Assembly: GCA_028534125.1 (NCBI GenBank)
Contig: CM052817.1
Span: forward strand, 11,720,001-11,783,645
DNA: 63,645 bases
Reading direction: 5' to 3'
Source: Lama glama
Taxonomy: Eukaryota
Shown: one piece after another, positions 63,341 to 63,645 of the stretch
Layout of the letters: each line of letters opens with the position of its first letter
Position numbering within the stretch: the first letter of the stretch is position 1
Made by a program: the position numbers and the translations under genes
The notes under the pieces: model-generated
What the model was told of the DNA's origin: nothing
Seen by the model: the letters and a program-made list of their open reading frames with translations, nothing else
Databases searched by the model: none

Positions 63341-63645
63341 GCCCAGAGGACTAATGCAGATAATATATTCGATAAATGTGAAAGACCCTTCACATTTTGG
63401 TCCCAATACAGTGGGTAGCTCTTCCTTTCTTACTTTTTTATCTTTTACACTCTTTTGTATAGTTCTAAAAAATGCTTTTGTCCATACTTCCTTAGTGTTG
63501 GTGATCTTTAATCCTTTTCTGCATTCATCTAATGGACAATCATATATATATAGAGAGAGGGCTGCATCTTTAACTAGACCATCCATTCCTGTACAATGCA
63601 TCCAGCACCTTGAACCTTGGTAATGGCAATGACATGCATTTTTTT

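Noticed and set aside
1..63645. A novel multi-gene system, operon, CRISPR array or defence locus
   Set aside because: The sequence is repeat-rich mammalian non-coding DNA, with no gene-dense region, no regularly spaced repeat-spacer array and no long intact ORF.

Overview
Mammalian nuclear DNA, most likely camelid (alpaca/llama/camel). Three copies of a tRNA-Ala-derived SINE resembling camelid Vic-1 are present, and I see no Alu, Bov-tA/BovB or PRE-1 elements. The window looks intergenic or intronic: I cannot support any protein-coding exon or real RNA gene. Many ORFs in the track are LINE-1 relics, microsatellite translations or run through a 500-N assembly gap, and the rest match no protein I recognise. 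Much of the window is recognisable transposable-element debris: L1 of several ages, L2, L3/CR1, MIR, MaLR/ERVL/ERV1 solo LTRs, and hAT and TcMar DNA elements. Family names come from my memory of consensus sequences, not from a database search. I found no convincing previously undescribed biological system. The best leads are: a MER41-like LTR with altered STAT (GAS) sites; three RFX X-box-like motifs, one next to a CTCF-like motif; two repeat-free CpG-retaining blocks that may be regulatory; a twin-primed (5'-inverted) L1; a tail-less inverted L1 ORF2 fragment flanked by a short direct repeat; and an approximately 8.8-kb ancient L1 carrying about eight nested insertions, several with readable target-site duplications (TSDs).
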